A DNA stretch of 63,791 nt, filler included, from Salisapilia sapeloensis CBS 127946 (Eukaryota > Protista > Oomycota): the NCBI GenBank assembly GCA_023334545.1. It is 6 parts of 6 records of this genome, joined end to end, with 100 filler letters (N's around TTAATTAATTAA, not from the genome) between each part and the next. Parts side by side here need not be neighbours in the genome. Positions count along the whole stretch, not along the records: positions 42,219 to 47,393 come from JAADVB010000635.1; positions 47,494 to 50,597 come from JAADVB010000788.1; positions 50,698 to 60,979 come from JAADVB010000447.1; 3 more parts are not named here. One strand, given 5' to 3'. Positions 44,321 through 56,324 of the stretch are shown piece after piece (within the stretch, counting starts at the first letter, position 1; every line of letters begins with the position of its first letter). The notes under the pieces were generated by a model. The model was not told where the DNA came from and did not search any database. It worked only from the letters and a program-made list of their open reading frames with translations. The position numbers were made by a program, and so were the translations under genes.

Positions 44321-47300
44321 TTAGGAAATCTTCCATAACTTCCTTATCTCTCGGGCGTGATTTGCTCAAAGGCGAAAAGTTCGCGTCAATAGCATGAGCA
44401 TCCGTCGCGTCCGTGCTGTTGGAATGCACGGGCGACGACCCTCCCCCACTTTGGGTAGGGGCAACCCCACCAAGCGCAGCAGCGGTGCGTGGGTGCCGAC
44501 CATTGTTGATATAGAACGGGGTCAGTCCTGTGGAGGCATGAGTCGAGTTGTTCACCGCAAACTCAACCAGTGGTAAGAACGACGACCACTCGCTGAATCC
44601 TGTCGCGTAACTGCGAAGGATATCTTCAATCACTCTATTCACACGTTCTGTTTGTCCGTCGGTCTCAGGATGGGCAGCGGTAGACATTCGCAATGTCGTG
44701 CCCAGTCTAGCAAAGACTTCACGCCAAATCGCAGCAGTGAAACGCGGATCGCGGTCCGAGACCAGCTCATCCGGAAGTCCGTGGAGTTTAAACACCGTGT
44801 CGAGGAAGGTCTGTGCCGATTCTTCGGCTGTGATTTCAGCGCGCACAGCAGCAAGGTGAACCATCTTGCTAAACCTATCGACCATGGTGAGAATGCCAGT
44901 ACGTCCCTGTGCATCCGATGGGAGTCCAAACACAAAATCAAGACTGACAGAGCGCCATGCATCCGATGGAACGGGTAAAAGCTGTAGTGGAGCCCTACTT
45001 GCTTGAGAAGGCTTCACTCGTTGGCAGATCTCACAAGTACGCACGTATTTGCGTATCCACTTGTACATATGCGGCCAGTAAAACTCTCTTGAAACGGCTA
45101 AGAATGTCTTCTCTCGGCCTAGATGGCCACCTGTCGGAACATCATGATGTTCGTAGATAATCTGGTCACGAAGATCACTATCGTTCGGAACGACAATTCT
45201 GCCTGACTCTGTCTTGTCTAAGGCATACCAAAGTAAACCATCTTCCAGGTAATATCGGTCCAAGCTTGCTCGAATGCGCGGAGGTAAATCCTTACCGTTG
45301 CTCTCGTTACTATTCGAAAGGAATCTGAGCAAAGCATTGTATGACGGGTCATGACGATATGCTGTTGCTATAGCCTGTCGCAGCGAAGATGTTCCCATCA
45401 CTCGGACTGCGTTTACCTCTTGCGTTGCACATGCCGTACAATTATCTGACGGTTGTCTTTCTTGACGTGGGTCGTAGTCTGGACGACGAGATAGCGCATC
45501 AGCAAGGATGTTACTCTTACCAGGCTTGTAGTGTACAACAAAGTTATACTCCGCGAAGAACGATAACCATCGTGCCATACGCTGAGACAGATGAGGTGTT
45601 TTAACAGCGGTTCGAAGCGAAGCGTGATCAGTGTAAATCACAAATTGCTGTTCACCAAGAAGATGCACTCGGAACTTGACCAGTGCATACTTCATCGCGA
45701 GCAATTCCTTGTCATGTACAGGGTAGTTCCTTTCGGCTGCGCGTAGTTGTCTCGACTCGTATGCAATGACACGCTCATGGCCATTCTTGTCATGTTGCAT
45801 AAGAGCGCAACCAATGCCGAAATCACTTGCATCGCATACAACGTGATACGGGCGATCGTCGTCTGGAAGTGCCAACACGGGCGCTTCTCTCAACTTCTGT
45901 TTGACTTGGTCGAAAGCAGCCTGTTGTGTCTCGGTCCAATTCCATGGAACATCCTTCTTCAACAATTGTGTGATCGGCTGCACCATTGCAGCATAATTAC
46001 GCGTGTATTTGTGGAGATAGTTGGCCATACCAAGCCATTGACGAAGCTGTTTTACGGATGTAGGTGTCGGCCATTCGTCAATTGCTCGAACCTTTTCTGG
46101 ATCAGCTCGAACACCATTCCTGCCAACGTAGCAACCTAGCACAAGGATCTCTGGTGCGCAAAATACACACTTCTTCAGGTTGCCATACAGCTTGTTTTCT
46201 CGCATGACCTCGAACACTTGACGTAGATGGCTAAGATGAACGTCCGTCTCTGACTTATTCCCTGTACCTGAGCTATGAACGAATATATCGTCAAAGTAGC
46301 TCGGTGCGAACGCTCGTAGGGGACGTAATAGATTCGTCACCATACGATTGAAAGTTGCTGGAGCATTTTTCAAACCTTGTGGCATCACAAGCCACTCCCA
46401 AAGCATACCGCTCGGTGTACTCACAGCAGTCAATGGAACATCTTGTTCCCTCATCCGAATTTGATAGAATCCATCCATCAAATCAATCGCACTGAACATC
46501 GTGCTTCCCGCCATTCCATTAATGATCATATCTTTTCGTGGAACTGGCGTTTGTGCTGGTATTGTCGCATCATTTAACTTATTAAATGCATGCACAATCC
46601 TCCAGCCTCCTGTCGCTTTCTTCACACAGAACGTAGGTGAGCAATGAGGAGACTTGCTCTCACGTACGTGTCCTGCCTTGCGTCGTTTTTCAAAGAACGC
46701 ATCTATTGCTTCCACCTGTTCCCGGGGTAGCGGCCACTGCCGCGTAACGCAATACTTCGTGCCATCACTCAAATCAATCTCATGACGAACTCCTCGGTCC
46801 GAGCGCAGTTCATCAGGCACGGCATCAGGAAAGATATCCTGGAACTCTCTTGCCAGTTCATATACTGGGCTCTTCTTCAAAGCTTCCCACGATTGAGTCT
46901 CGTATCGCTCAACTCGCTTGCTCTTTTCCAACACGTCTACGTCCAACGTAGATGACGTGTTGATCTCTTCATAGTCGTTCTTGATGGCGACCGAGCACAC
47001 TTGGGCAATATCACCGTTCCTAAGGGATTTCTTAAATTCCTTTACGCCCATCTCTCTCAAATCGAGAAGCTCTTTCAGGTCGGTTGGAGGACGTTCCAAA
47101 CCGATATCTTGCACGCGAACAACCCGTCCTTTGTTGTTACAAATCAACGTGCGAATTCTCTCCGTTGAAATTTCATGGCCTTTGAAATTTCCTTCACTAG
47201 TAGATAGCTTGATAATTGCATGGTCTTGATCAGGGATTTTGAAGTCGTTATTTTGTATATCCACTAATGGAATCTCATTATCGTCAACATGGTTTGCCGT

Positions 47301-47390
47301 CGAAGATGCGGGGCCATCGCTCGCCGGATCTTCATTGACATCACAGTTGGTAGTCTCCGTGTCTTCTTCTAATGCAGCATGTAGCCACAC
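44193..47390 (-). CDS. Pol polyprotein RT-RNase H-integrase core (runs out of frame near 44317)
   Basis: 1065-aa ORF with WRIVHAFNKLN, MPQGLKNAPATF, YFDD, CDASDFGIG and integrase D,D,E-type motifs. Confidence 0.95.
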   Translation of the reverse strand: MWLHAALEEDTETTNCDVNEDPASDGPASSTANHVDDNEIPLVDIQNNDFKIPDQDHAIIKLSTSEGNFKGHEISTERIRTLICNNKGRVVRVQDIGLERPPTDLKELLDLREMGVKEFKKSLRNGDIAQVCSVAIKNDYEEINTSSTLDVDVLEKSKRVERYETQSWEALKKSPVYELAREFQDIFPDAVPDELRSDRGVRHEIDLSDGTKYCVTRQWPLPREQVEAIDAFFEKRRKAGHVRESKSPHCSPTFCVKKATGGWRIVHAFNKLNDATIPAQTPVPRKDMIINGMAGSTMFSAIDLMDGFYQIRMREQDVPLTAVSTPSGMLWEWLVMPQGLKNAPATFNRMVTNLLRPLRAFAPSYFDDIFVHSSGTGNKSETDVHLSHLRQVFEVMRENKLYGNLKKCVFCAPEILVLGCYVGRNGVRADPEKVRAIDEWPTPTSVKQLRQWLGMANYLHKYTRNYAAMVQPITQLLKKDVPWNWTETQQAAFDQVKQKLREAPVLALPDDDRPYHVVCDASDFGIGCALMQHDKNGHERVIAYESRQLRAAERNYPVHDKELLAMKYALVKFRVHLLGEQQFVIYTDHASLRTAVKTPHLSQRMARWLSFFAEYNFVVHYKPGKSNILADALSRRPDYDPRQERQPSDNCTACATQEVNAVRVMGTSSLRQAIATAYRHDPSYNALLRFLSNSNESNGKDLPPRIRASLDRYYLEDGLLWYALDKTESGRIVVPNDSDLRDQIIYEHHDVPTGGHLGREKTFLAVSREFYWPHMYKWIRKYVRTCEICQRVKPSQASRAPLQLLPVPSDAWRSVSLDFVFGLPSDAQGRTGILTMVDRFSKMVHLAAVRAEITAEESAQTFLDTVFKLHGLPDELVSDRDPRFTAAIWREVFARLGTTLRMSTAAHPETDGQTERVNRVIEDILRSYATGFSEWSSFLPLVEFAVNNSTHASTGLTPFYINNGRHPRTAAALGGVAPTQSGGGSSPVHSNSTDATDAHAIDANFSPLSKSRPRDKEVMEDFLIQKPLYDSYEMLWLLHKTHKKSKPISKEEGMKKFSRLTTLYY

Positions 47391-47393
47391 GGA

Positions 47394-47493
47394 NNNNNNN
47401 NNNNNNNNNNNNNNNNNNNNNNNNNNNNNNNNNNNNNTTAATTAATTAANNNNNNNNNNNNNNNNNNNNNNNNNNNNNNNNNNNNNNNNNNNN
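47394..47493. other. Artificial contig linker
   Basis: N44-TTAATTAATTAA-N44. Confidence 0.99.
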
Positions 47494-49445
47494 AATAGCA
47501 TCTTTCTACCAAGTATCCTGTATACGGCTCAGTGGATAAGACCGTCAGCAACTCATCTAAAGCAACTTGAGAACATCCAGAAAAACTTTCTCTGGTATTT
47601 ACGACCGGAAACATCCGCTGGAAGACATCAGATTCCGACAGCGATCCTATATGCACCAAGATGGAAAGGAGGAGCAGGGTTACGACGAATAGACACGGCA
47701 ATCCAAGCACAAGCGGCGAGAGCAGCTATGAGATGGATAGCAGCTGAAGCTGACATCTATAAAGAGTGCTGGAGAGATCTTTGTGGACTACCTGCGCAAA
47801 CAACAGAAACAGCGCTACAAGTAATGCCGCAACCACCACCATTGAGAAGGAAAACACGAATAACACCAAAGACGACGGTTCATGAAATGGATCGATACTT
47901 GGTAGAACATCTATCGCATTATACGATGAAGAATAGAATGGACTGACCAGTTAGCGAAATTGGAAAGACTAGACAACTACCAAAATATGCCATTCAAAAG
48001 TATGATGGTAAAAGTCTGAAGATACAATGGAAGAAACACCGTATACCTATCAGTGAAAAAAGGCTTATACAAGAAACTGGCACCGACTAACATGGTACAA
48101 CAATCCGTTAATACTCAATCCAAATGGAAGAAGTATCGAACAAAAGGATTACTTGGAGCTAAGGCCATGCACATTGGGAGAGCTGAATATAACGAAAATG
48201 GGGAACCGAATGTATATACTGCAAGTCCCCCATCACGAGTCACAGAGCAGTATCAGGACACGAAAACTGGACAAATGGGCAACGACAATAATAAGCCAAA
48301 TACCAGAAGATCTGATCGATCAAACGGGCGAAAGAGACCAATGGAGCACTAGCGAACTATGGAAACTCCCTCATCCAGAATGGGCAGGTATGATGTGGAA
48401 ACAACCAGAGTCGTGAAGCATGCAAGGATATGATCACAAGAGATCATTGTGTCAAGTCAAGGTTCAGTTACGCTGGAACCCAGAGAAAGGAAAATGGATA
48501 CAGGAAGTGGGTGGGAAACCGAGAAGATATGATGTGAAAATGGATTCAGGGCTACAACAAATACTGGGATTACCAGCACTCAAACGAAACAAAGGAAGAG
48601 GAAAAGAACCATATAGATTCGAGCTATATACCTTTCTTCATGAAAAACAGTACAAAGCCCATGAAGCACTGGTGAACAGGAAAAATGAAAAAGCAGAACG
48701 AATACCCATATTAAAGGAATTACGAAAGCAGGAAGCCAGAGACGTGTGGAATGTTCCAGTAGGGATAACCGCCTACCAGCAGTGCTTCTGGTTCAGAATA
48801 TCTCATCATATTTTGAACCTACATCACAGTAATGAAGACTCTCCTAGACTCTGTCAGTATGACACCTGTCAGGAACAACAAGAATCACGCATGCACCTAT
48901 TCTGGACATGCAGAGTAATACGACCAGTGTGGATGCACTGGTGCAGAATATGGGGATTCAACACGGAACAAATTGAAACGGATCCACAGATACTAAGATA
49001 CGTCTGGCAATGAACGAAGCCTCCTCTTCCAACAGACCTGGTCAACAAGGTAAAAAGGTATACAGGATTCCTGACTCAAAAGCATTTCCAAGCCGTAGTG
49101 CACATATGGAAAGCCGGATGTACCATAGTAGCGGCGCAAAGTTGGTTACATAGGAATGACCAAATATACCGAACGCAGGACTGGTGTGGAAGACGCGCAA
49201 CAGAAATGATCTGGAAACGAGTCACGGCACAATTGGAAGGGACAGGACGTAGCACGCGATGGAACGGACAAGACATGCTAGTAGCAGCAAGCTATCGTGA
49301 CGTAACTTGGGCAATACGACAAGAACCGTTTGCAGGTTTCAGGGAGGAAGCAAAATAGCGAGCGGATGATCTAGCACCTACTGTCGACTAGACAGAAGAG
49401 TCCAAAACTTGGATTCCAAAGATAAATTTTAATAAAAATGAATGT
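47494..49445 (+). mobile_element. Degraded non-LTR retrotransposon (L1/Tx1-like), 3' part of ORF2
   Basis: QKNFLW...LYAPRWKGGAGL (post-RT region) and a zf-RVT-like CQYDTCQEQQESRMHLFWTC. Several stops and frameshifts. AATAAA lies near 49432. Confidence 0.8.
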
Positions 49446-49499
49446 TTGAAAAAAAGCTGTTTTATTAAGATGCACTACAGCGTGAGTCGGAGATATAGC

Positions 49500-49850
49500 C
49501 CAGTTATTTTGTCTGTCATTGTACTGTGTATGTTCCGAAATAATAGCGAAAAACTCAAGAGCGCAAGTAAAGCGAAAAGCTCACTGAGTCATTCGCGCGC
49601 TTTTTCAAATTTGCACATTTCGAGCACCAGGCGTAACTTGAAGTCTTCTAAAAGAGTGTTTCATCCCGATTGCATCAGAGACAAAGATAGAGATAACCAA
49701 AATCAAGTAAGGATGTGCCCGTTGATAGTACAATTAGGTATTATGCGAGACAAAGCATGCAATATGAGAACGAGCACGTGCGAATTGTGACAGGTATTAT
49801 ACCTCGATCATTCCTCTTGCATACAACTCATGCTACAGCGAGCATAGCAG
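49500..49850. repeat. Dispersed repeat or relic gene, copy 2 (more degraded)
   Basis: Colinear similarity to 19150-19585, with in-frame stops relative to copy 1. Confidence 0.8.
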
Positions 49851-50597
49851 TGAAAGCATGAATTTCTGCATAGGATGAAGCGTAAACGGTAAGCTGGGTC
49901 AAGAATATGAGGTGGTGTGTCCATTGGCACCACCAATCACTAGCATTTGTACTCTCAGTTTGGCAAGAAAGCTATATTGAAGTGCTACACTAGGTTTCCA
50001 ATGGAAAGTAGCAAAGCAAAATCGGCAATTCTCAACGACCACAGACATTGCCGATACAATCATAATAAATAGAATGGTAGCATGCGAATCCCCCATTTCT
50101 CTGAACACTCACTCAGCGCGAACACGATCTAGGTTTATATATCCAAGGCAATTCATGCAAAAGGGGTTGGCACTATCCTATGTTTCGTGGCACGCTGTTC
50201 AGTTTCTTGATGTGTATCTGACTGGAAATGATGGGCGTAGAAGTACAGCTATACTCCTTTGAATAACCATCATCGTTTCTGAAGCGGTTTCTCCACATAC
50301 ATGTTTCAACGACAACAAACAAAGCGGTGTAGCCTAGTCTAGAGGTATTGGTCACTCCATCATAGAAGTCATTGGCGACATACGCTCAGTGAAAGATGAC
50401 CTTGCAGCTCGAACCAAAGCCAACACATATACTCTGGAAGCACCGTCTATAAAGTTCCATCATGAAACACATTCTTAACAAACTCTACTCACAGTCAACT
50501 CCAGTTCCTTTAGCGCTGCTTCACTACTATTCATGCACCACGCTTCTCCTCTCTTTTGAACTATCCAGTAGTTGATTCATCCTGTCGAAGTCGTAGC

Positions 50598-50697
50598 NNN
50601 NNNNNNNNNNNNNNNNNNNNNNNNNNNNNNNNNNNNNNNNNTTAATTAATTAANNNNNNNNNNNNNNNNNNNNNNNNNNNNNNNNNNNNNNNNNNNN
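50598..50697. other. Artificial contig linker
   Basis: N44-TTAATTAATTAA-N44. Confidence 0.99.
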
Positions 50698-50888
50698 AAC
50701 TATATGCAGTCGTCCACGGTCTAAAGAAGCGAGTCTCGCTTTCAGAGCAAGAAAAGAGTGCAAACGCGCCAGCCATGTCCGATGAGCGAGACAGGAAGCA
50801 ACACTGTGGGCTAGATGACAGCGCATCTACCAACAGTTTTTTCAGCAGTGATGAAAACATGGATCTAGACGACCCCCAAGATGGGTAA
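50698..50888 (+). CDS. Probable 3' end of an unidentified gene cut by the contig start
   Basis: Open frame LYAVVHGLKKRVSL...DLDDPQDG* from the linker, converging on RMND5. Confidence 0.35.
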
Positions 50889-50969
50889 GCTTCAGCTTTA
50901 AAGCATTCGGATCATTCCGGTAATGCAACGGGGTCAGTTGGAATGGTCATTTTCATCTTTGTCTTCAGT

Positions 50970-52565
50970 TTAAAACATTAACTCTCGTGTCTCGTTTGCT
51001 GATTGCTCGGTCGGGCAGTACGGACACTTGAATCTCCTATTACATATTCGTGAGTTAAGATGAAGTAGGAAAGTAAGCACCGACATATCTACCTTGTTCG
51101 GTTGTGAGATATCTTGTCGACACAGTCACGGCAGATGGCGTGTCCACACCGCAATAGCATCGGTGGATTGTCCGGCGTGCATTCATCTTTGGACACTGGG
51201 CACGCAATGACGGAATGAAATCTGTGCTCGTCTTTCATCGGGAGCTCCACCTAGTTCTCAATCAAGTTTCGGATCTATAATGTCATAGGAATGCAGCGTA
51301 CCGGCAGCTCTTCCATCGTCTTCAGATCTTCCAGCTTGCCACTCATGATCTCAATCATCTTTCGCATGGCTGGAAGCGCAGTGATTCCAGCAGACAAACT
51401 ACCATGCACATGTTAGCTGCAATGTTCACAATGATTGACAGGCGAGATGACCATGTTCGGAGGTATGGCTTAGCAGGTACGTTGTGAATTCGGCAGCAAG
51501 CTTGCCGCAGCATCTTTTCCACATATTCCCATTGATCTTCTTCACACAGATCTTGGTATGGCGAAGCTTGAAGCTTATCTTTGTAAACAATGCAAGCGAG
51601 TAGTCTTCGGATCTCTACAGAAATCATTAGACGCAATCAAACAGAATGTATCAGGATACCTTACGCTTTGGGTAAGAGCTAAACAAGGGATGCAGAATGT
51701 CTTTGGCAAACTGAACTGCATCCTGCTGCGTGTTACATGCTTGCAGGTACTCCAGGAATTGCAGTTTGCGTAATCGGAAGTCGATGTCGAGCTCAAGCAC
51801 ATTTAGCCTCTCGCGATTCTCTTTCGTCCATCTACCAAGGTACGTTAGCGACCAGTTTTATTCATATATACTACAGTACGTACGTGATTGCCGGTTGGAG
51901 ATCCTTGTCCTTGAAAGCAGACAGCAGCTTCCTTAATGTAAGAAAGCACGTTCGATAATTGGGTGGTACTTCAACATTGGCTTCCTAGTCCGTGTTAAAA
52001 CTGCACCACTGCTCTGCATGGGATGGAAACGTACTTGGCAGAGGGAATCTCCGGCTTCAATCTGTCCGTCATGGTAGAGATATTCGGCTATCAGTCGGTA
52101 GATTAGCTTCGCATCGAACGCATCTGGATCACACATTTGCGCCACATCGTCCGGAAGTGTCTATTAGAAGTGCATGAGTAGGTGGGTAGTACGAGGAGAT
52201 CATGCATCGGACAGGACTTTTTTTATCTGATTGCCAAATTTCGATAGCGTCGCATGCACAGCCGTGAACTCGTCACTCATATGCCTCTTCAAATCTAGTG
52301 CTTGCACTCTTTTGACAAAGTCTCCAATAATGTGCTCGATTTCTGCATCCTCCTCCTCACTCTTCGATTCACGCTTTTCACTCTCTAGCGTTGAAGCATT
52401 CTTCTGTCGCTCGAGCTCTTCCTTCTTTGCTAGGAGCTCAGCTTCGGTGCTATCAACTTGGCGAAGAGCTTCATCGAGTAACTCATCTAAAGTACTAGCC
52501 CCACGGCGTTGGCGCTTTAAAGCACGGTCTGCACTCTTGTCGAGCGAAGACAGGTCGACCTTCAT
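50970..52565 (-). CDS. RMND5: CTLH/GID E3 ligase RING subunit RMND5/Gid2, multi-exon
   Basis: LisH (RLIAEYLYHDGQIEAG), CTLH/CRA segments, and degenerate RING FHSVIACPVSKDE..NPPMLLRCGHAI..FKCPYCP. Confidence 0.88.
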
Positions 52566-53014
52566 GTCCTTCTTGACGCTGTGTACTTGTATCTTTGAGA
52601 GGCACTTTAAAGGTTACGCTTTATAGAAAAAAAGGCATTTTAGAGTATAAAGTGGACAGAAATGAACGGCGTAGAGTGGAAAATAGTAGTAGGAAAACAA
52701 GTGAAATGACGATGATTGCAGACTGTTGCGCAGGGGTTTTGACCGGACCCACAGGGTCCCGCATGATACAGTACACTGCTGAACTATAGTTCAAACATTC
52801 CGATCACATGGTTGTCAGGAATTGATAGTACGACAAGAGCTTTGTGCACACGCAGGGGGCGTGGTAGCAACATTCCTTCCCGATGATTGGAACTCGTATT
52901 TAGCGTACTCGTAAATTAGTTAAGATCACTAAATTCAATCGGTACATTGTCGGTACTATTCGTATCTAACCCTTTAAGATCGCCAATCGTTCAGTAAGAC
53001 CGAGAAGAATCGCG

Positions 53015-56000
53015 ATGGAGGTAGAGGAAGACCCAAGCAGCCAATACGTCGATTATACGAACGCTACATCGCTCGAGTACTTTGTCTCTGACCTAGAGCG
53101 AACACTCCGATCATGGGGTCTAACGGATAAAGGGCACACGACGACAAACCCATCCGCTAGCAAAATTACACCATCGACATGCACCAAAGTGCTCGAATTT
53201 GGGGAGCATGGACACGTACCTACACGCCACTACGCTCTCACGCTATTCACACCGCCGAATCAGGAGCATGCAACAGCACTGCTTCCCTCCGACTCGTCTG
53301 TAAAGCCCACTTGGAGCTCTGGAATGGAACACTTTACACCGTCCATGCTCGATATTGCAGACAATTCGAGCGACTTTCTTTGGCAATACAATACCTCCAC
53401 CTCATCTAAACTTGCTCATCGGTTCGGTAGCTCCCAGTCTCTCGTTCAATCTACTCATCAAGCTTCTGAGACGGAATCCAGCACGACCGACACGTCCGTC
53501 CGTGAGAGCTCCTACTTTGACGAGGACGAACCCGAACTCGATCGTACTAGCTCTTACCTCCGATCTCGACAATGGTTTGGCGTAAAACAATTCCTGCTGC
53601 TTACAAAGTCCAACAAAAGGATTTATGCTAAGGCACAAGAATCTCTTTCCATTACCGACACGACTACGAACAGTCCCTGGGATGACATAGACATTCCTCC
53701 GCGATTGTTGGACGTATCGATTGACCCGAACGAGTCGAAGCTGCTTTTATCCGCGTTGATGATCGCACTAAACAACTGTGACTGTTCTCTCCCAGCGTTT
53801 GTACCTCGATTCGAACCGTCTCGAGGCTCTTGGCTCGGCTCTGCTGTTCCTGGGTCTAAAGGCAGTGTCTCGATGGAGTTGGAGACCGACCTTGTGCCTG
53901 AAATTAGCAGCAATCAAATGTGTATTAGTGGTCTCCTCTCGTTTTTCAAGCTCAAACTCCAGCTTCAACCATCCATCGAAGAAAAGTATCGATCTCAAGT
54001 ACTTGTCGATGACGACGCATCTGTCCAAGCCGGCATGTCTGTCTCGGCTTCTTTCTCCTACAAGTGGAACGCTGCGAAAGCGGAGGGAAAAGAGTGGAAA
54101 CTACATGTATCAGATAATCCTAGTCACACCATCCTTCAGACGGTATATGGGAAAACGATGGGCGATCTAGACGTCGGTGGACATGTGAATCCACTCGATG
54201 GACTAAGACTTACGACGCTCTGGCCGAATCTAAAGGAAGGTACGTACGTGGACAATGTCGTCCACTCGACGCTAGATCCGAATGAAGCACCGAACTGGGT
54301 CTTGGAAGCGCTCTTCTTACCTCGAGACTCATATCCATTCAGCTTGCCACTTACTCGACTACTTTCGAATCTCGTGCATGCATACGCAAAGTCCAAGCAA
54401 CTGAGTACAGGCTTGATCGTATCTGAGCTCGCGCCCGACACGTCTTCTTACAATGATACAGAGCATTCCCTTCCATCTGTACGCGGTGTTCGGGTACTCG
54501 GAGGCGCACTCGGCTCCCTAACTTCCTCCTTACTCTCGTCATGGAAAGGCGTGGACGTTGATAGTGTCCAAACGACGCTCTTTCAAGTCCTTGGTGGAGA
54601 TGAAAGGGACACGATGGACTCTGGCGTCGACCATGGAGTTCTCGTTAACAGTCTAGTCTCCCGCCTCGCCGCTCGCATGGCTCAGATCCGTATGCATCTA
54701 TGAAATTATACACACATTTGATACTCACGAGACTTGTAGGAGGCTTTAACAGCATGTGTCTCTTGTGGGTTGAGTTCTTAAAAGACTTGAGACACAGGTG
54801 GTCTCAGCTCGAACCACTTCCATTTACAACTAGCTTGGGGCTAGATGACGACCTCGCGCCTCCTGATACGACCTATTGTCTCTTACAACAACGTCTGGAA
54901 CTATTGAATTGCTGCATCCTTCGATATCAAAATGAAAAACAGAGTCGAGAAAGTGATGTTGACGAGTTCTTTGACACGGAGGAAGAAGCCGCATCCGATA
55001 GTCCGCAAGGTGTCCAAGCTCCATCCAAGCTCTACTACTTGCAATCGCACACTCGAGTGAATACACCACACTTGCAACCTTCGCTGCCTCTGACAGAGGA
55101 CAGCGCTAGCCAAGAAGCTCGTCTGCTCTCGCGTCTCGGCATCTCCCTCTCTTCCTCCCCTCACCGGCGACAGCTGAGCACTGCAGCCTTGCTGTCCGAC
55201 ATGCAAGCTTTCAAAGCTGCTAATCCAGAGTCCATTCTGGCAGACTTTCTCCGTTTCTATCTCCCAGACGACTGGATTCCATGGGACGACGACCAGGTTG
55301 CGTCCATCGCGTCTAGTCTACGGGAGGATATGCGGGAGGTCGATTGGTTCCCAGATCGTGGCGTCCTGTCCTCTCGCGTACGAACGAGTGTTGAGCAGTC
55401 GGACAGCATGTGGATGCAGATGTGGAGTATGAGCAGTCCTGTTCCTGCCATGAAGCAGAAACGACTGTTTGATCCGGCACAAGAGGCTGAGCGAGTGCTG
55501 CAGGACCTTGAGACCATGTCAGCTCCAGAGATGTTCCTTCAAATGATATCAGCAGCCCTTTCCAATGGCATCGCAACACTGTCTTGCGCACTACCAGTAG
55601 CTTTGACAGAGTTGTCGTCAGTTGAATGCAGCATTGAGGAAGCCAAGGAAGGCAGCAGCCTCGCCATTCATCGACTGGATAAAGTGCTTCGTCAAAGTCA
55701 GGAGCTCTTGCCATCGATAGGAAGTAGCGACGCAGTGCGTGCGAAAGCTCAGAGTGAGATGCAAGTGGCACAAGAAATGGCACTCGATGCTTGTTGGAGT
55801 GCGTTGCAAGCATTTGAAAAGAGCGAGTTCACTCTTGCCAAGGCCTCTAGCTTACTCGATGTCGTCGGGATGGAAGACAGGCAAGTGGAGCTAGTAGACG
55901 CTTTGTTGTCTACTAGTGGTCAATCAGGTCGAGGAACGAGCGTCGCAGAGCTCTTGGTAGAGAAGGAGCTCAAGGACAAGATCAGGTCGATTCTGTGGTC

Positions 56001-56178
56001 ACAAGAGGATGCGGACGGACTAGAAAAACGGGAATACGTGCTTCGATGTATCTGCCCTCGACCATTCGACGTGGACGACACGAATGATGAAAGTCCCCTT
56101 GTCGTCAATAGGATGTACGCTGCCTTCCGAGAACATACCGTCCGCTTCGCGTTGGCATTAGGCGAGTCGGAGTATTAA
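53015..56178 (+). CDS. RAB3GAP1: Rab3 GTPase-activating protein catalytic subunit, 2 exons
   Basis: DYTNATSLEYFVSDLERTLRSW and LLSDMQAFKAANPESILADFLRFYLPDDW. Intron 54690-54739. Confidence 0.9.
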
Positions 56179-56324
56179 TGATCAATCTAGTTATGCATTC
56201 AAGCTATCTCCTGCATCGCTTCATGATATCTGCTTGCAGCTTCAAGGATTGCGCGTTTTACACGTTCGTTTCGCAATCCGACGTGACATTCCAACTCCAC
56301 GACCGCTCAACAAAGAGAAAGATC

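Larger units (their letters stand above)
42219..47393 (-). mobile_element. Ty3/Gypsy LTR retrotransposon with chromodomain (chromovirus), 5'-truncated
   Basis: Domain order RT (YFDD), RNase H (CDAS, DHASL, ADALSR), integrase (HHCC zinc finger, SLDF, SDRD, GQTERVNR), chromodomain, then PPT and the LTR start. Confidence 0.97.
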
